A stretch of 64,000 bases of DNA from Elusimicrobiota bacterium (GTDB taxonomy: Bacteria; Elusimicrobiota; Elusimicrobia; UBA1565; UBA9628), in contig CP096137.1 in NCBI GenBank assembly GCA_023213235.1, positions 71,587 through 135,586 on the forward strand, read 5' to 3'. Positions 20,164 through 29,391 of this stretch are shown here, in pieces. The notes under the pieces are model-generated. The model ran no database searches. It worked only from the letters and a program-made list of their open reading frames with translations, and was not told the origin of the DNA. The translations under genes and the position numbers were made by a program. Every line of letters starts with the position of its first letter. Positions within the stretch are counted from its first letter, which is position 1.

Positions 20164-20366
20164 AGCCGCACGGAAGAATTCTCATCCTAACCGCCCTGAC
20201 GGCGGCGACGATCTCAGCACTCAGTGTTAAGGCCGGCGAAACGAAAGAGGACTGCGCGAATTGCCAATACCGGCCGGGCGATCCTCCCTGCGCGTGTCTC
20301 GGCAGGATAGATCCAAACGGCTGTTGGTATTATCGCTGCGACTGCTGCATCGCGCGGAAGCCTTAG
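20160..20366 (+). CDS. Secreted cysteine-rich micro-protein (68 aa, with 8 Cys in a mature part of about 43 aa).
   Basis: ORF 20160..20366. ATGA overlap with the upstream ORF. MKPHGRILILTALTAATISALSVKA | GETKEDCANCQYRPGDPPCACLGRIDPNGCWYYRCDCCIARKP. Confidence 0.5.
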   Translation: MKPHGRILILTALTAATISALSVKAGETKEDCANCQYRPGDPPCACLGRIDPNGCWYYRCDCCIARKP

Positions 20367-20367
20367 G

Positions 20368-20841
20368 CTAGCGCTTGCCCTGTAGACGCTTGATCAGGCC
20401 CGTCGTCGAGTAGCCCTGCTTCAGCGAGACGATCACGACCTTGCCCGCGTATTTCGCTTCGGGAAGGTCTTTGGGCTTGTAGTCGCCGCCCTTCACCTGG
20501 ACGTCGGGACGCAGGCGCGACATGAGCTTCTCGGGCGTCTGCTCGCCGAAGGCGACGACGGCGTCGACGCAGGAGAGCGCGGCCAGGACCTCGGCGCGGT
20601 CGCGCCACTTGTTGATGGGCCGGCCCGGCGCCTTCTCCAATAAACGGACCGAAGAGTCGGTGTTGACGCCCACGACGAGCAGGTCGCCCTGGGCTCGCGC
20701 CTTCTCGAGCACCTTCACGTGCCCGGCGTGCAGGATGTCGAAGACGCCGTTGGTGAACACGACCGCGCGGCCCTCGAAGCGCCACAGCTCCCGCAGCGTC
20801 AAGAGCTTCTTGAGCGGGACGATCTTCGAGGAGGAGTTCAT
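20368..20841 (-). CDS. hldC: D-glycero-beta-D-manno-heptose-1-phosphate adenylyltransferase (RfaE domain II type).
   Basis: ATG at 20841 within ORF 20368..20973. MNSSSKIVPL..VVFTNGVFDILHAGHVKVLEKAR..VGVNTDSSV..VKGGDYKPKDLPE..STTGLIKRL. Confidence 0.85.
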   Translation of the reverse strand: MNSSSKIVPLKKLLTLRELWRFEGRAVVFTNGVFDILHAGHVKVLEKARAQGDLLVVGVNTDSSVRLLEKAPGRPINKWRDRAEVLAALSCVDAVVAFGEQTPEKLMSRLRPDVQVKGGDYKPKDLPEAKYAGKVVIVSLKQGYSTTGLIKRLQGKR

Positions 20842-21439
20842 CAGCCGTGGGCGAGCGGCGCGTTCGGGAACAGAGCGTCCTCGAGGATGCCGCACCAGAT
20901 CTGGATCACCGTGATGTGGGCCTCCTGGATGCGGGCGGTGGAATCGGAGGGAATGCAGACGCAGTGGTCGCACAGCGCCTTGAGCTTGCCGCCGGAGCGG
21001 CCCGTCAGGCCGATGACGGTCATGCCGAGCTCGCGCGCGGCCATGGCGGCGTTGAGCACGTTCTTCGAGTTCCCGGAGGTCGAAATCGCGACTGCCACGT
21101 CGCCGGCGCGGCCGAGCGCGCGCAGCGGGCGCTCGAAAACGAACTCGAAGCCGAAGTCGTTGGCGATCGAGGTCAGGTCGCCCTGGTTGGCCGCGAGCGA
21201 GATCGCCGGCAGGCCCGGGCGGTTGCGCCGGTAGCGGCCGGTGAGCTCGTCGGCGAAGTTCGAGGCGTCGCAGGAGGAGCCGCCGTTGCCGAAGGAGAGC
21301 AGCTTGCCGCCGTTGCGGTAGGAGCGCAGGAGGTCGGCCGCCGCCGCGTCGATGACGGGGAGAGCTTGGCCGTCGCGTTGAGGACCTTCGCCGATTCCCT
21401 CAGCTGATCTTGGATCGTCTTCTTGAAGTTGTCAGGCAT
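20841..21439 (-). CDS. gmhA: Phosphoheptose isomerase (SIS domain), with a frame break at the run 21357-21360.
   Basis: ORF 21173..21439 ([20 protein letters not shown]..) joins ORF 20841..21098 (..VAISTSGNSKNVLNAAMAARELGMTVIGLTG..). Adding one base restores ..SPVIDAAAADLLRSYRNGGKLLSFGNGGSSCDASNFADEL... Confidence 0.85.
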
Positions 21440-22792
21440 GAGCGGGCTTTTTCTCCACGAGGATGTTGTTCTTCTCGATGAAATGCGTGTCGAAGTCCCC
21501 GCCGATGAAGACGGGGTGCGCGACGACCCGGGCGTGCAGGCCGGCGGTGGTCTTGAGTCCGCCGACCTTGAGCTCCGACAGCGCGCGCAGCGAGCGGCGC
21601 AGGGCGGAGGGGCGGTCTCCGGCGGAGATGATGAGCTTGGCGATCATCGAGTCGTAGTAGCTGGGGATCGTGTAGCCGGCGTAGACGTGGGTGTCGACGC
21701 GCACGCCGGCGCCGCCGGGCAGTTCGAGCGACTCGATGCGGCCGGGGCAGGGCATGAACCCGTTGTCGGGGTCTTCCGCGTTGATGCGATGTTCGATCGC
21801 GTGGCAGCGGATCTCGCTGGCGCGCGTCTGATCGAACGGAAGCTTCTCGCCCGCGGCGACCTTGATCATCAGCTCCATCAAGTCGACGCCCGCGACCAGT
21901 TCGGTGACGGGGTGCTCGACCTGCAGGCGCGCGTTGACCTCGATGAAGTAGAACTTGCCGTCCTGGAAGAGGAACTCGACGGTGCCGACGTTGGAGTAGT
22001 TCGCGGCCTTGGCGAGGCGGATGGCGGCGGCCTGCATCTCCTTGCGGATCTCGGGCGTGAGCGCGGGGGACGGGGACTCCTCGACGAGCTTCTGGTGGCG
22101 GCGTTGGACCGTGCAGTCGCGCTCGGGGAAGGCGACGACGTTGCCGTGCTTGTCGGCGATGATCTGGATCTCGACGTGGCGCGGACGCTCCAGGAGCTTT
22201 TCGATGAAGACGGAGCCGTCGCCGAAGGCGGCCTTCGCCTCGTTGGCCGCGGCCTCGAGCTGCGGCTTGAGCTCGTCGGGAGTTCGGACGATTCTCATAC
22301 CCTTGCCGCCGCCGCCGGCGGAGGCCTTGATGAGGACGGGGTAGCCGATCGCGGCGATCTCCTTGGGATCGACGGTCGAGATGTCGCCCTTCGTGCCGGG
22401 CACGCACGGGACGTTGGCGGCCGTCGCGACGGCTTTGCCCGCGCTCTTGAAGCCGAGCTTTCGGCTGGCCTCGGGGGCGGGCCGATGAAGGTGATGCCGC
22501 GCTTGGCGCACAGCTCGGAGAAATCGGCGTTCTCGGAGAGGAAGCCGTACCCGGGATGAATCGCGTCGGCGCCGGTGTTCTTGGCGGCGGAAAGGACCGC
22601 GTCCTGGTCGAGGTAGGAGAGCTTGGAGGGGCCGGGGCCTATACAGACCGCCTCGTCCGCCATGAGGACGTGGCGGGACTCGCGGTCGGCCTCGGAGTAG
22701 ACGGCGACCGTCTGGATGCCGAGCTCGCGCGCGGCGCGGATGACGCGGACGGCGATCTCGGAGCGGTTGGCGATCAGGATTTTCTTGAACAC
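21432..22792 (-). CDS. accC: Biotin carboxylase (acetyl-CoA carboxylase subunit), with a frame break at the run 22473-22477.
   Basis: ORF 22295..22792 ([37 protein letters not shown]) joins ORF 21432..22511 (..[35 protein letters not shown]..). A GAGGA Shine-Dalgarno lies 8 nt before the GTG. Confidence 0.9.
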
Positions 22793-22802
22793 GGGGTTGT
22801 CC

Positions 22803-24283
22803 TCATTGGGGCGGAGCGTTGAGCTCGCGGCGGAGCTTCTCGATGTAGACTTGGTCCTGCGGGCGGACGCAGAGCTGGGAGGCGCGGTTGGCGTCGGCGA
22901 GGGCCTCGCCAGGGCGGCTCAAGGTGATGTAGGCCTCGGAGCGCGCGAGAAGGATCTCGCACTGGTCGGCAGGCGAGATGCTGGGGAAGGCGAGCATCTG
23001 CGCGAACTGGTCGAGCGCCAAGTCGGGCTTCTGCAGGGCGTTCTTGTACGTGTCGGCGAGGATCGCGTGGAGGTGGTAGAGGCTCTTGAGGTCGAGGTTC
23101 GACGGGTACACGCGCGCCAGGTCGATGGCGGCGAGGCACTGGCGCTCGGTGTCGGCGGCGGATTTGCGGTAGTAGGCGGCCTCGCAGAGGTAGCCGCGCG
23201 CCATCGGGTCGCGCGGGTTGACCGAGGCCGCGGCCTGCGCGAGCACGAGGCCCATGTCGGCGTTGTTCTTGTCGAAGTGCTCCTCGATCTTCTTGAGCAG
23301 CGCCCAGCTGTACGGGCGGACCCACTTGCCGTTCTCCTCGACGAAGAGGACGCGGTCGGTTTTCGGCGCGGAGCCTTCGACCTTGAGCTCGTAGGCCAGG
23401 AGGATCGCTCCGGGCTCCTGGTGCTCGATGCGCAGGTCGGACCAGGTCCAGGTCGAGGAGTCGCGCGTCGCGACGAACTCGTCGAGCGTGCAGTACTTGC
23501 GCGCGGCGTCGGAGAACTGGGCGTAGGCGGCCGGATAGTCTCTGCGGCGAAGCGACTCGAGGTACTGGACCGCCGCGCGCTGGACCGCGCTCTCGGGCTT
23601 GGCGTTCTCGTTGAAGTACCACGCGCCGATGACCGAGGCCATGACCGCGAAGGTCACGAAGGCCGCCGTCAGCGCCCGGCGCAGCGGGCCGATCCACGCG
23701 GGGACCTTGGGCGCGTCGTCGACGGGAGCGACGGGCGGAGACCACAGGTCGCCCGAGACCGGAGCGGCGAAGGGGTCCGGCGCCTGGCGGCCCGCGGACG
23801 GCAGCGGAGAGGCGGAGAGGCCGCCGGGGGCGGCAAGGTGTTGCCGAGGCTTTGGCCGGGCTCGAAGGCCTTGATCTTGGCGGGCGGAAGGACGGGGGCG
23901 GGCTCGGGGGCGGGCGGCGGCGCGGGCTCGGAGGCCGGCTTCGCCGGTTTGGCGCCGAGCTTGGCGGCGGCCTTCGGCGCGGCCGCGGGTTTATCGGCGG
24001 GCTTGTCCTTCTTCTTTCCGCCGAAGAGCCGCTGGACGATCGTCTTGGGGATTTCGGCCTTCGGCGCGCCTTCCGGAGCGGGCTGAGTCGGCGGGGCGAT
24101 GACGGGCGCCAGCTCCGCGACCGGGTTGCCGCACTTGTCGCAGTAGTTCTTGGCCAGCGAGTTCTGGAACCCGCAGCCGCCGCAGACGCGCGCGTTCTTG
24201 CCTCCGCATGCGGCGCACAGCGAGAGCGGGGCCGCCGAGGCGGCCCTGCACTGCGTGCACAGGATGGAGGCGTTTGCGGCCAT
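22803..24283 (-). CDS. Double zinc-ribbon / Pro-rich linker / single TM / TPR-like domain protein, with a frame break at the run 23827-23831.
   Basis: [46 protein letters not shown].. (tail of ORF 23669..24481) joins ORF 22803..23657 (TM segment [16 protein letters not shown]) after one added C. Confidence 0.65.
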
Positions 24284-24675
24284 CAGTCCTCGAGCAGGAG
24301 GAGCGGCTGGCCGTACTCGACCGCCTGGCCCGCGTCGATGAAGAGCTTGGCCACGCGGCCGGCGGAGGGCGCCTTCACCGGCTTCGACGCGCCGGAGCCG
24401 GTGACGATCACGCCGAGCACGTCGCCCTCGGCCACGCGCGCGCCCTCGTCGGCCTTGCGCGCCTTGCCCGGCTCCGACCACTGGAACACGCCGACGGCCT
24501 CGCTGGCCACGGGCGTGTAGCGGCCCGCCGGCATCGGCGGGGCGGCGAGCGTCGCGGGATCGTTCGCGCCGGCGGCCGTCAGCGCGAAGCCGCGGCCCTC
24601 CTTGCGGTAGACGACCTCGGCGAGGTCGGAGGACTTCATCCAGTCGGCGACGGCTTTGAGGTCGGGGGCGTTCAT
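24283..24675 (-). CDS. Biotin/lipoyl-attachment-like domain protein (BCCP-like). I do not see the canonical AMKM biotinylation motif.
   Basis: MNAPDLKAVADWMKSSDLAEVVY..GDVLGVIVTGSGASKPVKAPSAGRVAKLFIDAGQAVEYGQPLLLLED (tail of ORF 24283..24987). Confidence 0.55.
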   Translation of the reverse strand: MNAPDLKAVADWMKSSDLAEVVYRKEGRGFALTAAGANDPATLAAPPMPAGRYTPVASEAVGVFQWSEPGKARKADEGARVAEGDVLGVIVTGSGASKPVKAPSAGRVAKLFIDAGQAVEYGQPLLLLED

Positions 24676-25166
24676 CGGCGGCTCCTCTTCTTGGTCTTGG
24701 CGGCGCGGCTGCGCAGCAGATTGCGCGGGTTGGCGGGCAGCAGGCCCGAGGCGAGCGGATCGAAGGCCAGCGGCAGCAGCTTCCAGACGGTGGTCTTCAG
24801 CGTCTTGCGGCGGCCCGTCGTGGGATTGAGGTCGACGAGGTAGAGCGCGGTGTCCTTGTCGCTGAACTCGAACATGACCTGGCGGCACGCGCCGCAAGGC
24901 TTGGCGGCCGCGCCGACGACGGCGACGGCCGCGATCGAGTCCGCGCCCGAGGCGACCGCGTGGTAGATCGCGGAGCGCTCCGCGCACATCGCCAGGCCGT
25001 AGGACGCGTTCTCGACGTTGCAGCCGGGGAACACGCGCCCGCCGTCGGTGATGACGGCGGCGCCGACGGGGTAGCGCGAGTACGGGCAGTAGGCGCGCTT
25101 CTGCGCCTGGACGGCCGTCTCGATCAGGCGCTCGACGGCGCGCGCGGCTTTCTGGGTCTTGGCCAT
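24672..25166 (-). CDS. cdd: Cytidine deaminase.
   Basis: MAKTQKAARA..AYCPYSRYPVGAAV..NVENASYGLAMCAERSAI..PCGACRQVM (zinc-ligand motifs CAE and PCGxCR). Tail of ORF 24672..25553. Confidence 0.85.
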   Translation of the reverse strand: MAKTQKAARAVERLIETAVQAQKRAYCPYSRYPVGAAVITDGGRVFPGCNVENASYGLAMCAERSAIYHAVASGADSIAAVAVVGAAAKPCGACRQVMFEFSDKDTALYLVDLNPTTGRRKTLKTTVWKLLPLAFDPLASGLLPANPRNLLRSRAAKTKKRSRR

Positions 25167-26042
25167 TACAGGTATTTCCTCACGAGCAGATCCAACTTCT
25201 TGAGAGTCGTCTTGTTCCGAGCCTCGGGAGCCGTGAAGAGCGCCCCCTTGAGCGCCTCGGAGAAGGCGGGCTCGAGCGGCTGGGAGGCGATGAGGGGGAC
25301 GGCCGCGCGCATGAGCTTCTGCGCGTTGGCGGAGTTCGCGTGGAGGTTGGCCACGACCATCTCGGTGTGGACCTCCTCGCCCTCCTTCCAGCAGTCGTAG
25401 TCGGTCACCATCGCGACCTGGGAGTACACCAGCTCGGCCTCTCGGGCGAGCTTGGCCTCGGTGGCGGCGGTCATGCCGATCAACGACCAGCCGAAGGAGC
25501 GGTGCATCTCGGACTCCGCCTTCGTCGAGAACGCGGGGCCCTCCATGCAGCAATAGGTGCCGCCGAACACGGCCTTGATCCCGAGCTTCACGGCGCAGTC
25601 GAAGACGAGCTTGTTCTGCACGGGCGCGAACGGGGGTTCAAGGCGACGTGGGCGACCACGCCGTTGCCGAAGAAGGTCTGCACGCGGTCCTTCGTGCGGT
25701 CGACGAGCTGGTCGGGGAACACGAAGGTGCGCGGGGGCAGCTCCTCTTTGAGGGAGCCGACGGCCGAGAACGCGAGCACCCGTTCCACGCCGAGGGACTT
25801 CAGCGCCCACATGTTGGCGCGCTGGTTGATCTCGGTCGGGGTCACGACGTGGCCCTTTCCGTGGCGCGGGAGGAACGCGCACGGGACTCCCTCGAGCTCG
25901 CCGAGGACGATCGGGCCGGAGTGGGCGCCGAAGGGGTCTTCAGGCGCAGCTCGCGCGGGTTCTTGATCGCGTCGGAGCTGTAGAGGCCGCTGCCCCCGAT
26001 GATGCCGACCTTCGCGTGGTTCTTGGGCGTCTTCTTCGTCAC
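25166..26042 (-). CDS. mtnP: S-methyl-5'-thioadenosine phosphorylase, with two frame breaks at runs 25933-25936 and 25632-25636.
   Basis: ORFs 25842..26042, 25588..25845 and 25166..25882 join into one protein. Its sequence runs [114 protein letters not shown]. Confidence 0.85.
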
Positions 26043-26422
26043 GGGCAGTAGCCTCCGAGAGGGAGCAGTTCCTTGATGACGGCCTCGAGCGACTCGAGGT
26101 TGACGGGCTTCTGCACGAAGCGCGTCTTGGGATCGTTCGGCAGCAGCTTCGCGAGCTTTTCGCGGTGGTGGGCGGACATGAAGATGACGGGAATGCCCTT
26201 GGTCTTCTCGTCCTTCTGCAGCACCGCGTACGCGGAGTTGCCGTAGGCGCCGGGCATCTGTATGTCGGTGATGATCAAATGCGGAATATATTCGCCCGCC
26301 TTCTGCGCGAGCTGGAATCCGTCGTTGACGACGACGATCCGGTGGCCCTTGCTCGACAGGTAGTCGTTGAGCAGGCCCGTGATGTCCGGGTTGTCGTCGG
26401 CGATGAGGATTTGCGCGATCAT
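26039..26422 (-). CDS. Stand-alone response-regulator receiver domain (CheY-like).
   Basis: [43 protein letters not shown]. Tail of ORF 26039..27496. Confidence 0.8.
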   Translation of the reverse strand: MIAQILIADDNPDITGLLNDYLSSKGHRIVVVNDGFQLAQKAGEYIPHLIITDIQMPGAYGNSAYAVLQKDEKTKGIPVIFMSAHHREKLAKLLPNDPKTRFVQKPVNLESLEAVIKELLPLGGYCP

Positions 26423-27687
26423 CTCTGGGCGAGCAGCTTCTCCATCGTTCCGGGATAGATCGGGAAGCGGCGGCACAGCGCGGTGACGCCTTCCTTGACG
26501 CGCTTGAGGGCGGCGTCGTCCCCGCGGACCTTGAGGGCTTCGTCGATGAAGGTCGCGACCTCGTCCATCTCCTTCTCGCCCATGCCGCGCGTGGTGATCG
26601 CGGGCGCGCCGATGCGAACGCCGGAGGCGATGAAGGGCTTCTGGGGGTCGTAGGGGATCGCGTTCTTGTTGACCGTGATGCCGGCCTTGTCGAGCGCCTC
26701 CTCGGCCTCCTTGCCCGTCGCGTTCTTGGGGCGCAGGTCGAGGGAGAACACGTGGCAGTCGGTGCCGCCGGCGACGATGCGGAAGCCGCGGTCCTGCAGC
26801 GCCTTGGCCAGGCGCCGCGAGTTGGCGAGCGTCTTCTGCTGGTAGACCTTGAACTCGGGCTTGAGCGCCTCGCCGAAGCAGACCGCCTTCGCCGCGATCA
26901 CGTGCATGAGCGGGCCGCCCTGCTCGCCGGGGAACACGCTCGAGTCGAGCGCCTTGGCGTGCGCCGTCTTGCACATCACCATGCCGCCGCGCGGGCCGCG
27001 AAGGGTCTTGTGCGTCGTGGTCGTCGTGAAATCGGCGAGGCCCACGGGAGAGGGGTACACGCCGGCCGCGATCATGCCCGCGTAGTGCGCGATGTCGGCC
27101 GCGAAGAGCGCTCCGATCTCGTCGGCGATCTTCTTGAGGCGCGCCCAGTCGATGACGCGCGAGTAGTTGGAGGCGCCGACGAAGAGGATGCGCGGCTTGT
27201 GCTCGCGCGCGTCCTTCTCGGCCTTCTCGTAATCGATCAGCTCGTCGTCTTTGCGGACGTCGATCGGGATGATCTTGTAGTACTTGCCGGAGAAGTTCAT
27301 CGGGTGGCCGTGCGACAGGTGGCCGCCGTGCGCGAGGTTGAGGCCCATCACCCCGTCTCCGGGCTTGAGCACCGAGAGGTACATGGCCATGTTGGCCTGC
27401 GAGCCGGAATGGGGCTGGACGTTGACGTGCTCGGCGCCGAAGAGCTTCTTGGCGCGGTCGATGGCGAGGACTTCCACTTGGTCGACAAATTCGCATCCGC
27501 CGTAGTACCGCTTGCCCGGGTAGCCCTCGGCGTACTTGTTCGTGAGCAGGGAGCCCTGGGCCTCCATGACGGCCTCGGAGGTGTAGTTCTCGGAGGCGAT
27601 CAGCTCGAGGTTGTCGGATTGGCGGCGCGCCTCGCGGGCGATGGCGGCGTAGAGCTCGGGATCCAGATCGGCGAGGGTCTTAGACAT
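26419..27687 (-). CDS. glyA: Serine hydroxymethyltransferase.
   Basis: ORF 26419..27687 is intact. [46 protein letters not shown]. Confidence 0.95.
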   Translation of the reverse strand: MSKTLADLDPELYAAIAREARRQSDNLELIASENYTSEAVMEAQGSLLTNKYAEGYPGKRYYGGCEFVDQVEVLAIDRAKKLFGAEHVNVQPHSGSQANMAMYLSVLKPGDGVMGLNLAHGGHLSHGHPMNFSGKYYKIIPIDVRKDDELIDYEKAEKDAREHKPRILFVGASNYSRVIDWARLKKIADEIGALFAADIAHYAGMIAAGVYPSPVGLADFTTTTTHKTLRGPRGGMVMCKTAHAKALDSSVFPGEQGGPLMHVIAAKAVCFGEALKPEFKVYQQKTLANSRRLAKALQDRGFRIVAGGTDCHVFSLDLRPKNATGKEAEEALDKAGITVNKNAIPYDPQKPFIASGVRIGAPAITTRGMGEKEMDEVATFIDEALKVRGDDAALKRVKEGVTALCRRFPIYPGTMEKLLAQR

Positions 27688-28120
27688 GGGATTGACTCCG
27701 TGCGGAGATGATGTTGAGAGCCTCTTCGATCGAAGAGGCGCAGGCTTGATACTCCGCGGGGCCGGCCCCGACGGGGTCGGCGACCTCCGCGGGGGTGAGG
27801 CCGGCGGCCTCGCGCAGCAGGAAAATCTTGGCGGCGGACTCGGGGAAGCGCCGCGCGAGCTCGTCGCGGTGCGCGCGCTCCATCACGTACACCGCGGAGG
27901 CGTCCTTGAGCATGGCCGCGTCGACGCGGCGGGCGCGGTGCGCCGGCAGGCCGAGGCCGCGCGCCTCGAGGACGGCCGCCGCGCCGCGCGACAGCGGCAT
28001 GCCGGCCGCGGCGGCGGTTCCGGCGGAGGAAGCCCCGCCCTTGCCGAGGGCGTTGTAGAGCGCCTCGGCCATCGGCGAGCGGCAGGTGTTGCCCGTGCAG
28101 ACGAAGAGGATATTCCTCAA
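27680..28120 (-). CDS. Low-molecular-weight protein-tyrosine phosphatase family protein.
   Basis: (M)[18 protein letters not shown] carries the CX5R(S) P-loop, and ..DPVG.. follows. I propose a TTG start at 28120 overlapping the upstream stop. The start is uncertain. Confidence 0.7.
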   Translation of the reverse strand: MRNILFVCTGNTCRSPMAEALYNALGKGGASSAGTAAAAGMPLSRGAAAVLEARGLGLPAHRARRVDAAMLKDASAVYVMERAHRDELARRFPESAAKIFLLREAAGLTPAEVADPVGAGPAEYQACASSIEEALNIISARSQSHV

Positions 28121-28715
28121 ATCTTCTGGATGTCCTCGGCGGGGATCAGGCCGACCTTGGTGACGCGGGCCTTCTCGCCCGTCGCGTCGACGAGCGTCGG
28201 GTCGCCCGCGGGGACCGTTCCGCCGTCGACGACTCCGTCGAGCGCCGCGCCGAGCTCGGCGGCGACGCCGGCCGCGTCCGTCTTCGGCGGCTGGCCGGAC
28301 TTGTTGGCGCTCGTGTAGACCCACGGCACGCCGGAGGCGGCGATCATCGCGCGCGCCCCTCGTGGCCCGGCACGCGGATCGCGACGGTCGGGTACTCGGG
28401 AAAGGTCAGCAGCCGGCCCTGGGCCGTCGGCTTGAGCAGCAGCAGCAGCGGGCCCGGCCAGAACTTGGCGGCGAGCTTGTCGGCCAGCGGCGTCCACTCG
28501 ACCCACTTCTTGGCCTCGTCGACGGAGGCGACCATGACGGCCAGCGGCTTGAGCGTCGAGCGCTCCTTGATCTGGAGGACGCGGCGCGTCGCGGCCTTGA
28601 TCAGGCCGGTCGAGCCGACCGCGTAGGAGGACTCGGTCGGGAAAGCGACGATCTTGCAGGCCTTGCCGAGGGCTCCGGCCTTCGCGGCGTCCGACGGGGT
28701 CAAAGTCTCAGGCAT
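28117..28715 (-). CDS. tsaC: L-threonylcarbamoyladenylate synthase (TsaC/YrdC/Sua5 family), with a frame break at the run 28356-28359.
   Basis: ORF 28344..28715 (..VAFPTESSYAVG..KFWPGPLLLLLKP..AIRVPGHE) joins ORF 28117..28506 (..PWVYTSANKSGQPP..). Confidence 0.8.
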
Positions 28716-29391
28716 GGGAGGGCTCCGGGTCGGGATGGAACAGGATGACGAACTCGCCGAGTATCTCGGCGCGCGCCGCGAGGTTCGCGCGGACCGAGGC
28801 GACGGTCCCGCGCAGCCACTCCTCGTGGAGCTTGGAGAGTTCGCGCGCGGCGACGCATTGCGCGGCGGGGCCGAGCGCGGCCTCGGCGTCCTCGAGCAGT
28901 TCGACGACGCGGAACGGAGACTCGTAGACCGCGATGGTCCGTTCGAGCGCCTTCGCGGCCTCGAGCGCCTTGCGGCGCTTGGAGGCGGTGCGCGGCAGGA
29001 AGCCGAGGAAGACGAACGAGTCGCCGGGCAGGCCGGAGCCGGCGACGGCGGCGGCCACCGCGCAGGGTCCGGGGATCGTCGTGATCGGCAGGCCCTCGCG
29101 GCGGGCGGCGGCGACGGCCTTGCGTCCCGGGTCGGACACTCCGGGCAGGCCGCCGTCGGAGACCAGGCTCACCGCGTCGCCGCGGCGCACGCGCTCGAGC
29201 AGCTTCTCCACGGAACGGGGATCGTTTTCATCATACCGCTCGAGCGGCGCCCCGAGCCCGAAGTGGCTCATGAGGTTGCGCGTGCGGCGCGTGTCCTCGC
29301 AGAACACGACCTTCGACTCCTTGAGCGCGCGCAGGGCGCGCGGCGCCATGTCCTCGAGGTTGCCGAGAGGCGTGGGGACCACGAACAGCAT
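28708..29391 (-). CDS. rsmI: 16S rRNA (cytidine1402-2'-O)-methyltransferase.
   Basis: MLFVVPTPLGNLEDMAPRALRALKESKVVFCEDTRRT..LVSDGGLPGVSDPG..IPGPCA..FLGFLP. Tail of ORF 28708..30357. Confidence 0.85.
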   Translation of the reverse strand: MLFVVPTPLGNLEDMAPRALRALKESKVVFCEDTRRTRNLMSHFGLGAPLERYDENDPRSVEKLLERVRRGDAVSLVSDGGLPGVSDPGRKAVAAARREGLPITTIPGPCAVAAAVAGSGLPGDSFVFLGFLPRTASKRRKALEAAKALERTIAVYESPFRVVELLEDAEAALGPAAQCVAARELSKLHEEWLRGTVASVRANLAARAEILGEFVILFHPDPEPSHA

